Below are positions 9,299-19,538 of a stretch of 64,000 nt of DNA, piece by piece. This DNA comes from Treponema sp. (lineage in GTDB: Bacteria > Spirochaetota > Spirochaetia > Treponematales > Treponemataceae), in NCBI GenBank assembly GCA_024680155.1, contig JAILCM010000181.1, forward strand, positions 902-64,901, read 5' to 3'. The position numbers and the translations under genes were made by a program. The notes under the pieces were generated by a model. That model had not been told where the DNA came from and did no database searches. It saw nothing but the letters and a program-made list of their open reading frames with translations. Position 1 is the first letter of the stretch. Every line of letters starts with the position of its first letter.

Positions 9299-10084
9299 TT
9301 AATTATCTACAGAAGTTGCATCAATAGTAACAGCACCTAAATACAAAACGTTGCTGTAGTTCAAAGAAAAGCTGTTATCGCGGGCTACCCCAACTGCAAA
9401 AAGCTGAACATACCATTTTCCAGTTTCTGTTGCAGTAGAAGAATATTTTACATCAATATCTGTTTCTAAAGGTTCTGAGTTTGTGTCGCCATCCCTGCCA
9501 AAATCAAATGTACGAATACTTCCACTTTCTGTTGTTCTTAACGGAACTCCCAAATACCCATCTTTACCTGCTACAATTTCTTTTCCTCCAATTGCAATCC
9601 TTGCCGAGAAAGATGAATCATCCTGATAATTAGAAAGCCTAATATAAACCTGTCGATTTTTATTATCAGAAGAAGAAGGAATTGAAACTGAACTTTTTCT
9701 TGAAAATAAAAGCGGCTGATAACCATACGAAGAAATCATTCGGTCGGCAGAATTTGCACTTGTAGTTGAACTTGCTAAAGATTCCAAAGTAGAACGCTCG
9801 CTCGACATTGTACTTACGTTATTGTAGATTTTGTAATATATTTCCGTACCTAAAAAAACATAATTAGCCAAAGTAAAATTCTCATTTGTCTGGAAATTAA
9901 AATACTTTTCAAAAGAGTCTTCGGTATTGTAATCAGGTTGATGGATTAAACTGGTTGGTGAAGGAATAACTTCATAAACATCAAGACCACAGGAAATAAA
10001 AGAAAATATAAATAAAAAAAGACATCCTGCTCCAAGGATAAAAGTTCTTCTTTTTAGCATAGATGTCTTTTTCATAATAAACAA
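9299..10084 (-). CDS. Hypothetical lipoprotein
   Basis: Hydrophobic signal ending FIS-C. Exact start among the upstream Mets is uncertain. Confidence 0.7.
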   Translation of the reverse strand: MFIMKKTSMLKRRTFILGAGCLFLFIFSFISCGLDVYEVIPSPTSLIHQPDYNTEDSFEKYFNFQTNENFTLANYVFLGTEIYYKIYNNVSTMSSERSTLESLASSTTSANSADRMISSYGYQPLLFSRKSSVSIPSSSDNKNRQVYIRLSNYQDDSSFSARIAIGGKEIVAGKDGYLGVPLRTTESGSIRTFDFGRDGDTNSEPLETDIDVKYSSTATETGKWYVQLFAVGVARDNSFSLNYSNVLYLGAVTIDATSVDN

Positions 10085-10093
10085 AATCCTGAA

Positions 10094-10771
10094 TTACTGA
10101 ATTTTATTTTCTACAGATAAAGCAATAAGTCTTGTTTTAGCAAGCTGAGCCCATCTGTCATCAGGTGAATTGTCGTTCAATTCTGTATAAGCAGCAGCAG
10201 CTTCTGCATATTTTCCCTGAGTTTCAAGAACGCGTCCATAGCTGAATTTAGCATGATTTTTCATAACGTAATCTTCAAAATCAGCGGCAACTTTATATGC
10301 TTTAGCGGCTTCATCAAGATTTCCAATCTGTTCGTAGCAAACTGCTTTGTTAAAACTTGCGATTGGAGCTGTATAATATTCTGCACCTTTTGTTTCTGCA
10401 TTATTCCAATAAGTAATTGCATTAGAATAATCTTTTTTCTGGAATGAAAGCTCAGCACAAATAAGATTTGCACGTACGCCTACAATTCCACCTTTAGTAG
10501 TATAAGGAGTAAGTTTTTCAATAAATTCAACACGTTTTGCTTCAAGTTCTGCATCTCCAAGCTGATCTGAACCTTGTGTCATCTGGTAGAACACAGAATC
10601 AATTGCAGCAAGATTCTTATTTGTTGTCGAAGATTTTACAACTTCAAAAATAAGGAATCCAACCAGAAAAACAATTACAACTGTTGAGAATGCAAAAACA
10701 TATTTTCTGTTTTTTTCAAGAAACTCATTCAGTTTTGTACTTGTAGTATTCTTTTCTTCTTTTTCTGACAT
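10094..10771 (-). CDS. Single-TM tetratricopeptide repeat protein (YfgM-like)
   Basis: N-terminal TM helix followed by TPR-pattern helices (A..Y..A, G..EA...Y). Confidence 0.75.
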   Translation of the reverse strand: MSEKEEKNTTSTKLNEFLEKNRKYVFAFSTVVIVFLVGFLIFEVVKSSTTNKNLAAIDSVFYQMTQGSDQLGDAELEAKRVEFIEKLTPYTTKGGIVGVRANLICAELSFQKKDYSNAITYWNNAETKGAEYYTAPIASFNKAVCYEQIGNLDEAAKAYKVAADFEDYVMKNHAKFSYGRVLETQGKYAEAAAAYTELNDNSPDDRWAQLAKTRLIALSVENKIQ

Positions 10772-10794
10772 ATTATTATCCTCAAAAAGTATTT

Positions 10795-11712
10795 CTATTT
10801 TTTACGAATATCCAATTCGTTTATTAATTTTATCACATAAGTACGTTGTATTCCAAGTACCTGCGCAGTTTTTGTTTGATTCCAGCCATTTTCTTCAAGA
10901 ATCTTTGTAATATATTCTCGCTTAAAAGAATCTATTGCAGTTTTTAAGGTTTTATCTTCGGTAACCAGTTCTAATTCACCTTGAATAAGATTTCCCGAAG
11001 ATGAGGAACGAATAATTCCTAAATCAGAAGCCTTTATCTGTTCACTTCTGCAAAGAATCACTGCTCTCTCAACTGCATTTCTTAACTCAGAAATATTTCC
11101 TGGCCAAAAATAATTTTGCATTTCGTTTTTGGCTGAATCCGAAAATACAGAAACAGAACTTCCATGCTCTTTCTTAAACTGATTCAAAAAGTAATCCGAA
11201 AGAACAGAAATATCTTCTTTTCGATTCCGCAATGGTATGATGTTTACACAAAGCGTACTCATACAATAGAACAATTCTTTTAGAAAAGTTCCTTTTTCAA
11301 CGGATTCTTCAATCGAATTTTCTGCACCAAAAACAAAACGAATATCAAACTGCTGTCTGCGTACCGATTTTATAAATTCCAACAATTCTAACTGAATGGA
11401 AGAAGAAAGTTTTTCTGACTGCCCAATATAAACAGTCATTTTTTTTGCTTCAATGCCATTCTTTTTTATAAAATCTATAAAATCAACAGGAATATGTTCA
11501 CTAAAATCACAGGAATTAACTGCAAAAAAGCCATCTTGATATTGGGAACTGCTAAAATGAAGGAATTGCGCAAACTTTTTTTTTCCGGAACCTCTTTCAC
11601 CAGTTACAAGAACAGATGCAGTATTACTTTTTACCGAAGAAACAACCTTCCTAATATCATCTGCAAAACTGCCGCTTCCAATAAAAGCACCAAAATCCGT
11701 ATAAAAGCTCAA
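10795..11712 (-). CDS. Degenerate sigma54-activator-type AAA domain plus Fis HTH regulator
   Basis: VLVTGERGSGKK, IIPLRNRKEDI, WPGNISELRNAVERA and a C-terminal NQTKTAQVLGI HTH. No GAFTGA loop and no Walker B DE. TTG start. Confidence 0.8.
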   Translation of the reverse strand: MSFYTDFGAFIGSGSFADDIRKVVSSVKSNTASVLVTGERGSGKKKFAQFLHFSSSQYQDGFFAVNSCDFSEHIPVDFIDFIKKNGIEAKKMTVYIGQSEKLSSSIQLELLEFIKSVRRQQFDIRFVFGAENSIEESVEKGTFLKELFYCMSTLCVNIIPLRNRKEDISVLSDYFLNQFKKEHGSSVSVFSDSAKNEMQNYFWPGNISELRNAVERAVILCRSEQIKASDLGIIRSSSSGNLIQGELELVTEDKTLKTAIDSFKREYITKILEENGWNQTKTAQVLGIQRTYVIKLINELDIRKK

Positions 11713-11832
11713 TTCTACACCTTAACTTTTATTAATTTCTTGTGTTTCCGTAAACAAAACGCATTGCAGTCCTATTTCTAAAACATACAATGCGCTCACT
11801 TGGTTTATCGAAAAATGTAAAAGCTAAACAAA

Positions 11833-13551
11833 TTAGCTGTTTTTCTGATTTTTCATAAAGTCGCCCAGTGTATATGCACCGTCGTCATTATCATTTGCAG
11901 AAGACATATACTGTGAAATTTCATCACGCTGCTGCTTTCTCTTATATTCACGTACAGAGAAACCAACCTTTTCTTTTTCTGCATTAACGTCAACAACATA
12001 TACATTAAGCTTATCGCCAACTTTGTACTTAGCTACAGCTTCTTCAAAAGGAACATCCTTTTCATCGCTCAAATTAGCTTTGTTTACAAGACCTTCAATT
12101 CCGTTTGGAGCTTTTACAAAAACACCAAAGTCTGTAATTGAAGTAATTTCACCTTCCAAAGTTGAACCAACCTGATATTCCTGAGCAAAAGCAACCCAAG
12201 GATTATCAGTAACCTGCTTCATACCAACTCTAATTTTATGAGCTTCAGAATCGCATTCAAGAATAACAGCTTCAATTTCCTGATCTACAGAAAGTTCACT
12301 GCCTGGATGCTTAATCTTCTTTGTCCAAGAAATGTCGTCAGCATGGAGGAAAGCATCAATACCTTCTTCAAGAGAAACAAATGCACCAATATTTGTAATC
12401 TTAACAATCTTTCCCTTTACTTTTGTTCCAACTGCATAACGGTCAGCAATTGTATCCCATGGATTTTCGGTTGTCTGCTTGAATCCCAAAGAAACACGTC
12501 CAGCCTGAATGTCGTAGCCAAGAATCATAGCTTCAACTTCCTGACCAACAGAAACCATGTCACCAGGTTTGTTTACTTTCTTTGTCCAAGAGAATTCGCT
12601 GATATGAACAAGACCTTCGATTCCTTTTTCAAGTTCAACGAATGCACCGAATTCAGTAAGTTTTGTAACCTTACCTTTTACAACATCATTTACATGATAT
12701 TTTTCTTCAAAATGTACCCAAGGATCTTCTGAGAAGTGCTTGAGAGAAAGATTAATTCTTTTTTCAGCAGGATCAAGACGGATAACTTTAAGTTCAATTT
12801 CCTGACCTTTCTTGACAAAATCCTTTGGACGTGCAACGTGTCCCCAGCTCATATCATTGATGTGAAGAAGACCGTCAAAACCACCCAAGTCGATGAATGC
12901 ACCAAAACTTGTAAAGCTCTTTACAGTTCCTTTTACGGTGTCACCAATCTGAATGTTATTGAAGAATGCATCACGTTTTGTATCGATTTCTTCTTCAAGA
13001 TATTTACGGCGATTAACAACCGGATTCAATTTATTGTCTGAATAAAGACGCTCGATATAGAATTTAGACTTCAAACCAAGCAATGATTCAGGTTTTTCAA
13101 TCTTATCGCTGTCAGCCTGGCTAATAGGCAAGAATGCTGCACGGTCAATTCCAAGATTAACTTCGTAACCGCTCTTAACAACTTTAGAAATTACACCATC
13201 AACCGGTGTCTTATCTTTCCATGCCTGCTGAATTTCTTTGAGATAACGTTTTGAATCAGCTTTTCTTTTTGAAAGAACAGGCCCCATTGAATTATGGCCT
13301 GTCAACAACGCCTGAACAGTATCCCCTTCTTTCGGCAACTCTTCGGCTGCGAACTCCTCTCTAGGGATTAATCCCTCTGACTTGTCTCCAATGTCAACAT
13401 AAACATAATCATTTGTAATCTGAACAACTGTTCCTTCCACCATCTGACCAGTCTGAGGTGCATTGAATTCCTTCAGAGACTCCTCTAATTGTGCCTGAAA
13501 GTCTCCCTTGGAGTTCTGGGATCCTTCCTTTTCCACTTCCATTTCGTCCAT
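11833..13551 (-). CDS. rpsA: 30S ribosomal protein S1
   Basis: Six S1 repeats (FGAFIDLGGFDGLLHI, FGAFVELEKGIEGLVHISE etc.). Confidence 0.97.
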   Translation of the reverse strand: MDEMEVEKEGSQNSKGDFQAQLEESLKEFNAPQTGQMVEGTVVQITNDYVYVDIGDKSEGLIPREEFAAEELPKEGDTVQALLTGHNSMGPVLSKRKADSKRYLKEIQQAWKDKTPVDGVISKVVKSGYEVNLGIDRAAFLPISQADSDKIEKPESLLGLKSKFYIERLYSDNKLNPVVNRRKYLEEEIDTKRDAFFNNIQIGDTVKGTVKSFTSFGAFIDLGGFDGLLHINDMSWGHVARPKDFVKKGQEIELKVIRLDPAEKRINLSLKHFSEDPWVHFEEKYHVNDVVKGKVTKLTEFGAFVELEKGIEGLVHISEFSWTKKVNKPGDMVSVGQEVEAMILGYDIQAGRVSLGFKQTTENPWDTIADRYAVGTKVKGKIVKITNIGAFVSLEEGIDAFLHADDISWTKKIKHPGSELSVDQEIEAVILECDSEAHKIRVGMKQVTDNPWVAFAQEYQVGSTLEGEITSITDFGVFVKAPNGIEGLVNKANLSDEKDVPFEEAVAKYKVGDKLNVYVVDVNAEKEKVGFSVREYKRKQQRDEISQYMSSANDNDDGAYTLGDFMKNQKNS

Positions 13552-13564
13552 TGTAAACCCTTTT

Positions 13565-14197
13565 TTATGAAATTTGTTTTAATATTATCTCACAAACATT
13601 GTCAATCGTCAAGTTAGAAGTATCTATATATAGTGCATCTGGAGCGATTTTTAACGCACCTTCCTTCTTATTTCTGTCCATTTCGTCACGTTTTTCGATT
13701 GCAGCCTTAATTTCTTCCAGAGTCATGTCACTTACACCCTGGTCAAAACGTCTTTTTGCACGAACTTCTGCACTTGCATCAAGATAAACTTTATATTCAG
13801 CATTCGGAAAAACAACCGTAGTCATATCACGGCCTTCACAAACAATGCTCAACGATTTTGTAATTTCACGCATAAGTTCATTTATATAATGTCGCAGCGG
13901 AACATTTGAACTAACCTGAGACGCATTTGCAGTAACTTTGTCATCATGCAAGTGTTCGGTAATATCAGTTCCATTCAAAATAAAATGACTTTCTTTAGTA
14001 TATTCAATTTTCTGCCTTTTACAGAATTCTAATGTTGCAGCTTCATCCGTGTAATCAACTCCAGCTTGCAAAACAGCATAAGTCATAGTACGGTAAAATC
14101 CTCCGCTATTCAAAAAAGTAATATTCAGTTTTTCTGCAATCATAGAAGCGATTGTACTTTTTCCAGTTCCAGCTGGCCCGTCAATTGCTATAATCAT
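13565..14197 (-). CDS. cmk: Cytidylate kinase
   Basis: IAIDGPAGTGKST and EGRDMTTVVFP. GGAGG SD supports a start at 14197; the ORF-track extension runs through a repeat. Confidence 0.95.
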   Translation of the reverse strand: MIIAIDGPAGTGKSTIASMIAEKLNITFLNSGGFYRTMTYAVLQAGVDYTDEAATLEFCKRQKIEYTKESHFILNGTDITEHLHDDKVTANASQVSSNVPLRHYINELMREITKSLSIVCEGRDMTTVVFPNAEYKVYLDASAEVRAKRRFDQGVSDMTLEEIKAAIEKRDEMDRNKKEGALKIAPDALYIDTSNLTIDNVCEIILKQIS

Positions 14198-14213
14198 TTT
14201 TTCCTCCGTTTTT

Positions 14214-14291
14214 AAAGAGGGGAAAGCATTCCCCTCGCTCGCACTTTGTTGCTCGCTACCCCTTCCAGCGGGGACACCCCGCAACGCCCCG
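14214..14291 (+). repeat. GC-rich dispersed palindromic repeat, copy 3
   Basis: AAAGAGGGGAA-AGCA-TTCCCCTCG...CTTTGTTGCTCGCTACCCCTT...GCGGGG-ACA-CCCCGC. Shares CTTTGTTGCT and CTACCCC with copy 2. Confidence 0.7.
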
Positions 14292-14305
14292 AATATTTTT
14301 CAAAA

Positions 14306-15136
14306 TTATTTACACAAATCCAAAAGCACCTGAACTTCTTGCTCAGTAAGTTCTCTGTGGTCACCTGGATGCAGTTCATCAAGATTTACATTTCCAATAC
14401 GAACACGAACCAGAGATTTTGTACCAATATTCTGACTTTCGAGCATTTTTCGTATTTCCCGGTTTTTACCTTCAATAAGAACAATCCGTATTTTTTTTGG
14501 CTTTAATACATCACAGCGAACGCATTTATAAAACACATTATCAACACGAACTCCATGCTCAAAAAGTCTTGCAGTTTCTTCCGTAACAATCTGACTGGTT
14601 TCTACAATATATTCTTTTTCAATCTGACTGGAAGGATGACTGAGTTTTGCGGCAAAATCACCGTCATTTGTAAAAAGGATTGCCCCCTTGCTGTACATAT
14701 CAAGACGCCCTACATTGTAAAGACGCTCTTTATAACTGTCACGTAAAAGATCAGCAGCAACCTGACGGCCTTTTTCATCACTGGAAGAACAGACAAAACC
14801 AGCAGGCTTATTCAAAAGAACATATCGTTTTTTCTGCTCAAGATGAACCGATTTTCCGTCCACCAGAACTTCGTCAGCGGCAGAAACTTTTGTTCCAAGT
14901 TCGGTAACAACTTTTCCGTTTACACTTACACGTCCATCAAGAATAATCTGTTCACATGCCCGGCGGCTTGCAACTCCACAATGTGCCAAGAAGGCCTGCA
15001 AACGCACTGGTTCCGACTTTTCTGTTTTTACAAAAGACGCTGCAGATTTTTTCTTTTTAAAGTCTGTATTCGTAAATTTTTCGGCAGATGGTCTGGACTT
15101 TGGCTTTTTATCACCATCCTTCAACCATTTTTTCAT
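14306..15136 (-). CDS. rluB: rRNA pseudouridine synthase, RluB/RsuA family with S4 domain
   Basis: RLQAFLAHCGVASRR S4 domain, NKPAG, VGRLD, EGKNREIR. Follows scpB. Start placed at MKKW. Confidence 0.88.
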   Translation of the reverse strand: MKKWLKDGDKKPKSRPSAEKFTNTDFKKKKSAASFVKTEKSEPVRLQAFLAHCGVASRRACEQIILDGRVSVNGKVVTELGTKVSAADEVLVDGKSVHLEQKKRYVLLNKPAGFVCSSSDEKGRQVAADLLRDSYKERLYNVGRLDMYSKGAILFTNDGDFAAKLSHPSSQIEKEYIVETSQIVTEETARLFEHGVRVDNVFYKCVRCDVLKPKKIRIVLIEGKNREIRKMLESQNIGTKSLVRVRIGNVNLDELHPGDHRELTEQEVQVLLDLCK

Positions 15137-15143
15137 AAAATCG

Positions 15144-15683
15144 TTAGCGGGCAAGTTCAAATCTCTCCTGATCATCTTCATCAAGTTTAGGTAATTCCGA
15201 AATTGAATTTAAGCGGAACAATTTTAAGAATTCTTTTGTAGTTCCAAAAAGAGTTGGTCTTCCAGGTGCTTCTTTTTTACCAACTTCCTTAATCAAATTT
15301 CTATCCAAAAGCAGACGAATCATATTATCAACGCCAACACCACGAATCGATTCAATTTCTGCACGAGTAATAGGCTGAGAATAAGCAATAATTGCAAGTG
15401 TTTCCATTGCAGATTTAGAAAGTCTTCCCTCTTTTTTTGAACCGTATAATTCTTTTAAAACTGTCCAGTATTCTTTTTTAGGAATAAGACACCAGCCGCC
15501 GGTAATCATCGAAAGTTCAATTCCGCTGCTTTCGCTGGCATATTTTTCTTTTAAATTTTCAATACACTGCTCCACAACTTCTTCCGAAAGCTGGGCACGG
15601 TTTGAAAGCACTTTTACACTTAACGGTTCGCTCTCCAAAAAAAGAACGGTTTCCAAAAGTGCTGTTTCTTTATTAAAGTCCAT
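15144..15683 (-). CDS. scpB: SMC-Scp complex subunit ScpB
   Basis: LSKSAMETLAIIAYSQPITRAEIESIRGV and PGRPTLFGTTKEFL. Confidence 0.95.
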   Translation of the reverse strand: MDFNKETALLETVLFLESEPLSVKVLSNRAQLSEEVVEQCIENLKEKYASESSGIELSMITGGWCLIPKKEYWTVLKELYGSKKEGRLSKSAMETLAIIAYSQPITRAEIESIRGVGVDNMIRLLLDRNLIKEVGKKEAPGRPTLFGTTKEFLKLFRLNSISELPKLDEDDQERFELAR

Positions 15684-15722
15684 AATTTATTTTTATTCCT
15701 TTTATAAATTTTCTGTCAAAAT

Positions 15723-16538
15723 TTAATTCGTCGTCAAATCTTCTTCGGTCGGCACGTAATTATCTGAATCTTCGCGCAAACAAATCTTTATATCGCCAAA
15801 AAGCTTATTCTGCAAAATTCTTATCATTCTGAATTTTACTGCTTCCAGAATTGCCATGAACGCACAAATTACATCCATTTCATTTCCGGGACGAGTAAGC
15901 AGGTCTGTAAACATACACTCTTTTTTATCTTCAATCAACTCATTCATAAGGGTGATTTTCTCGTTTACAGAAATTTCTTCATACATATTAAGGATTTTTT
16001 CATTTGAATACTGACCCATCATGTTTTTAAAGAGGGTCTGCATCTGCTGAAGTAAATCCCAGGTATCAATTTCTTCCCACATTGAATCGGCTTCGTCAAA
16101 TGGAAGTACACGCTGAATCTTTTTGCGTTCAAAATTCCATTCAGAATCATCTTCCTGATCTTCCATCAAAGAAGAAAGTTTCTTAAATTTCTGATATTCA
16201 ATCAATTTATCTACAAGTTCCTGACGAGGATCCTCAATTTCGTCATCTTCGTAGGTAAATTCAACAGGAAGAAGCATTCGGCTTTTAATATAGATAAGTT
16301 TTGCTGCCCAGCTGTAAAATTCAGAAAGGTCACCAAGGTCGGTTTGAACAGCATAATCAAGATATTCAAGATACTGTTCTGTAATCTGCGCAATAGGAAT
16401 ATCGTAAATATTAACTTTACTTTCGCGAATCAAAGCCCAGAGCAAATCAAGAGGACCTTCAAATTCCCCTGCCCTGTATTCGTGATGTTTTGTTGCAACC
16501 GCTACACCAGCTTCAGTTTTTTCTACAATCTGTTCCAT
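15723..16538 (-). CDS. scpA: Segregation/condensation protein ScpA
   Basis: FEGPLDLL, IKSRMLLP, DPRQELV and FMAILE motifs. Confidence 0.95.
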   Translation of the reverse strand: MEQIVEKTEAGVAVATKHHEYRAGEFEGPLDLLWALIRESKVNIYDIPIAQITEQYLEYLDYAVQTDLGDLSEFYSWAAKLIYIKSRMLLPVEFTYEDDEIEDPRQELVDKLIEYQKFKKLSSLMEDQEDDSEWNFERKKIQRVLPFDEADSMWEEIDTWDLLQQMQTLFKNMMGQYSNEKILNMYEEISVNEKITLMNELIEDKKECMFTDLLTRPGNEMDVICAFMAILEAVKFRMIRILQNKLFGDIKICLREDSDNYVPTEEDLTTN

Positions 16539-17089
16539 TTTTTTTCTTCCACCTGCAGAGAAAGCAGTTTTTCTGAGCTCATAAAAAAAGCAATATCATC
16601 GGCTTTTCCATCCGACTTTAAGTTTCCAAGACTTACAGAATATCTTTCTCTTTCTATTTTCTCGGCATTTTCAGGTAAAATCTCAAGGGCTGGAACTAAA
16701 ACAAACGCCCTTTCTTGCATTCTTGGGTGCGGAATCTGCAGTTTTTCCGTATTAATTACTTCGTCGCCAAAAAGCTCAATATCAATATCAAGGCTTCTCG
16801 GTCCAAAACGAATTTCTTTACTGCGGTCACGCCCATATTTAGCTTCAATTGAATTTATATAATGCAAAAAATCCAGCGCATTAGTATCGTCGGGCACAAA
16901 ACCATAAACAGCCATATTGTAAAAATCTTCCTGATTTTCTACATACATTGCCTTAGTTTTGTACACCGACGAAAAAAGGGGACTGAATATGTTTTCTGTC
17001 AGTTCTAAACAGGCTTTTCGCAAAAGTTCTACAGGAGAATTACCGGCAAAACTTTTGTTAGAACCTAATCCCAATAAAATACGCTTCAT
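16523..17089 (-). CDS. folK: 2-amino-4-hydroxy-6-hydroxymethyldihydropteridine diphosphokinase
   Basis: LGLGSN, GPRSLDIDI and IPHPRMQERAFVLVP. Confidence 0.93.
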   Translation of the reverse strand: MKRILLGLGSNKSFAGNSPVELLRKACLELTENIFSPLFSSVYKTKAMYVENQEDFYNMAVYGFVPDDTNALDFLHYINSIEAKYGRDRSKEIRFGPRSLDIDIELFGDEVINTEKLQIPHPRMQERAFVLVPALEILPENAEKIERERYSVSLGNLKSDGKADDIAFFMSSEKLLSLQVEEKKWNRL

Positions 17090-17124
17090 TTACTAAAATC
17101 GTCTTACAACAACCTTATTACAAA

Positions 17125-18339
17125 TTAAAACAAACCGTCTGCCAAATCATCTACAGGAGCCGCTTTTTTAGCACTAGAACTACTTTTTGTACCAGCCCCA
17201 GCAGCATCAGCGCCCGCAACACCAGTGTTAGTACCAGTACCAGTATCAACTTTTGCAGTTTTAGATTCTTTAGCAGCCTTATTTACAGGAACACCTTCTT
17301 TAGTTTTAAGAACCTGTCCTGGAAAAACTTCCGATCTGATTTTGTCTTCAATTTCTTTTGCAAGCTCAGGATTGTCTTCAATATACTTTACGGCATTTTC
17401 CTTACCCTGACCGATTTTAATTTCGCCCATTGTAAACCATGCTCCACGTTTATCAACAATTCCGTGCTTAACAGCAGAATCCAAAAGACTTGCAGTTGCA
17501 GAAATTCCCTTTCCAAAGTAAATATCAAGTTCACACTTTCTGAATGGAGGTGCAACCTTATTCTTAACAACCTTAACTCGTACTCTGTTTCCAAGAGCAT
17601 CATCATCGCCTTTAGAATCGATAGTTTCAATTTTTCGAATTTCAAGACGAACCGAAGCATAGAATTTCAATGCCTGTCCACCGGTAGTAGTTTCCGGATT
17701 TCCGAACATAACACCAATTTTCATACGAATCTGGTTAATAAAAATAACGATACAGTTAGACTTTCCAATAATCGCTGTAAGTTTTCTCAAGGCCTGACTC
17801 ATCAAACGAGCCTGCATACCCATAACAGCATCACCCATTTCACCTTCAATTTCTTTCTGCGGTGTAAGAGCAGCAACAGAGTCAACTACAACAACATCGA
17901 CAGCTCCACTTCTTACAAGATTTTCTGTAATTTCAAGAGCCTGTTCTCCAGTATCCGGTTGAGAAACCCAAAGTTCATCAATATTTACACCAAGATTCTT
18001 AGCATAAACAGGATCAAGAGCATGTTCAGCATCAACAAACGCAGCAATTCCACCCAATTTCTGAGCTTCTGCAATCGCATGTAACGCCAAAGTCGTCTTA
18101 CCAGAACTTTCAGGACCGTACATTTCAATTACACGTCCACGCGGGTAACCACCAATTCCAAGCGCTTCATCCAAGAGTAACGAACCAGACGGAATAATAT
18201 CTATTCCGGCAGCATCCGCCTTATCTCCCAACTTCATCAAGGCACCCTGTCCAAATTGCTTTTCAATCTGCAACCTGGCCGCTTCAAGAGCCTTCATCTT
18301 TTCCGACGTATCCATCGGAGTTGAACTAACATTTGACAT
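17125..18339 (-). CDS. recA: Recombinase RecA with a low-complexity C-terminal tail
   Basis: [37 protein letters not shown]. Start at MSNV preferred. Confidence 0.98.
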   Translation of the reverse strand: MSNVSSTPMDTSEKMKALEAARLQIEKQFGQGALMKLGDKADAAGIDIIPSGSLLLDEALGIGGYPRGRVIEMYGPESSGKTTLALHAIAEAQKLGGIAAFVDAEHALDPVYAKNLGVNIDELWVSQPDTGEQALEITENLVRSGAVDVVVVDSVAALTPQKEIEGEMGDAVMGMQARLMSQALRKLTAIIGKSNCIVIFINQIRMKIGVMFGNPETTTGGQALKFYASVRLEIRKIETIDSKGDDDALGNRVRVKVVKNKVAPPFRKCELDIYFGKGISATASLLDSAVKHGIVDKRGAWFTMGEIKIGQGKENAVKYIEDNPELAKEIEDKIRSEVFPGQVLKTKEGVPVNKAAKESKTAKVDTGTGTNTGVAGADAAGAGTKSSSSAKKAAPVDDLADGLF

Positions 18340-18430
18340 AATCAGCCACCTTCCTCCCTGCATATAATATGGCTTTATTTATTCGATTTCGGACCAAATT
18401 CCGCGAACTATTTACAAATATAACATATTT

Positions 18431-19537
18431 TTATAAAAGACCATCATTTACACTCTGGTAAACGGCCCTTCCACGCAAAATTACCTTTTTATCTTCGGTT
18501 GTAATTCTTCCAAGAATTTTAACCGGCTGATCAGGTTGAATTTGCGGTGTAGAATCAAATTTTACAGTAACAATACCAAGAACCTGTTCTCCAGTTTCAT
18601 ATCCTACAAGAAGCTGGCAGGAATAAGAACCATCAGCATAATTAATTGCATTAGTAATTTTTCCGCCCCAGATTACGTAACAATCCATATACAAATACGG
18701 ATCAGCTTCAACTGCGGTATAAGTTGGATTATCGGTTAGAGTATCAAAAGTTGGAGTTTCAAGATAATTCATTACAGTCTGAGATTTTGTTCTTATTGAT
18801 AAAGACGCATTAGAATTAAGAATTCTGTTTATTTCAATCTGGGCTTTATTATCGCGGTGAGACTGAAAATAATCCATTACATCAACATAAGCCTGATTAA
18901 TTTCTTTATCTGACAAAATATACCTGAAACTTTGAGAAGACAAATCTTTTTCCTGAGGATTACGCTTTTCATCATCAGAAAGAGAAAGTTCTGTTAAATC
19001 CATTCTTTGGCCAACCGCAGGATTCCTGTTTCCACGAGCCACAAAACAAAGAACAAGTCCAACTCCAAGCATAAAAGCAGCACAAGGAATTACAAAACGA
19101 GCAATTTTCTGCGGATTCGGTCCAAGAGGCGGATAAAAAGCTTCAATTCTTCCAGTATCAACATAACGGCAGATTGTATCATAATCCCCGTGAGTTCTTA
19201 TAAATTCCATCGCAGCATTTGCAGTTTTATTTGCAGGGTCATTTTCTTTTACATCCATATAATATTGAAGAGCCCTGTCTGTATCGCCACGACGTAAAAA
19301 AATTGCAGCCTGACCAAGTAAAAGTCTTGTATCGGTAAGTTTTATGTGACGTGCACGCTGAAAATATGAAGAAGCCGAGCCAATATCACCAACGTAAAGA
19401 CACGAAATTCCAAGGAGAAGATTATATTCAAAATTCTCCTCGTAAATTTCTGAGCGTCCTTCCATTAATTTGATTGCACTGGCAAACTTACGACGCTGCA
19501 TATAGCTCCAGGCAATACTTAAAACGTCACGTGCCAT
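18431..19537 (-). CDS. TPR-containing single-TM protein with a probable C-terminal OB-like fold
   Basis: N-terminal TPR helices, central TM segment, beta-rich C-terminus. Confidence 0.6.
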   Translation of the reverse strand: MARDVLSIAWSYMQRRKFASAIKLMEGRSEIYEENFEYNLLLGISCLYVGDIGSASSYFQRARHIKLTDTRLLLGQAAIFLRRGDTDRALQYYMDVKENDPANKTANAAMEFIRTHGDYDTICRYVDTGRIEAFYPPLGPNPQKIARFVIPCAAFMLGVGLVLCFVARGNRNPAVGQRMDLTELSLSDDEKRNPQEKDLSSQSFRYILSDKEINQAYVDVMDYFQSHRDNKAQIEINRILNSNASLSIRTKSQTVMNYLETPTFDTLTDNPTYTAVEADPYLYMDCYVIWGGKITNAINYADGSYSCQLLVGYETGEQVLGIVTVKFDSTPQIQPDQPVKILGRITTEDKKVILRGRAVYQSVNDGLL

Positions 19538-19538
19538 C

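Noticed and set aside
14198-14284. N-terminal extension of Cmk in the ORF track
   Set aside because: It is a read-through of the GC-rich repeat; the SD supports ATG 14197.
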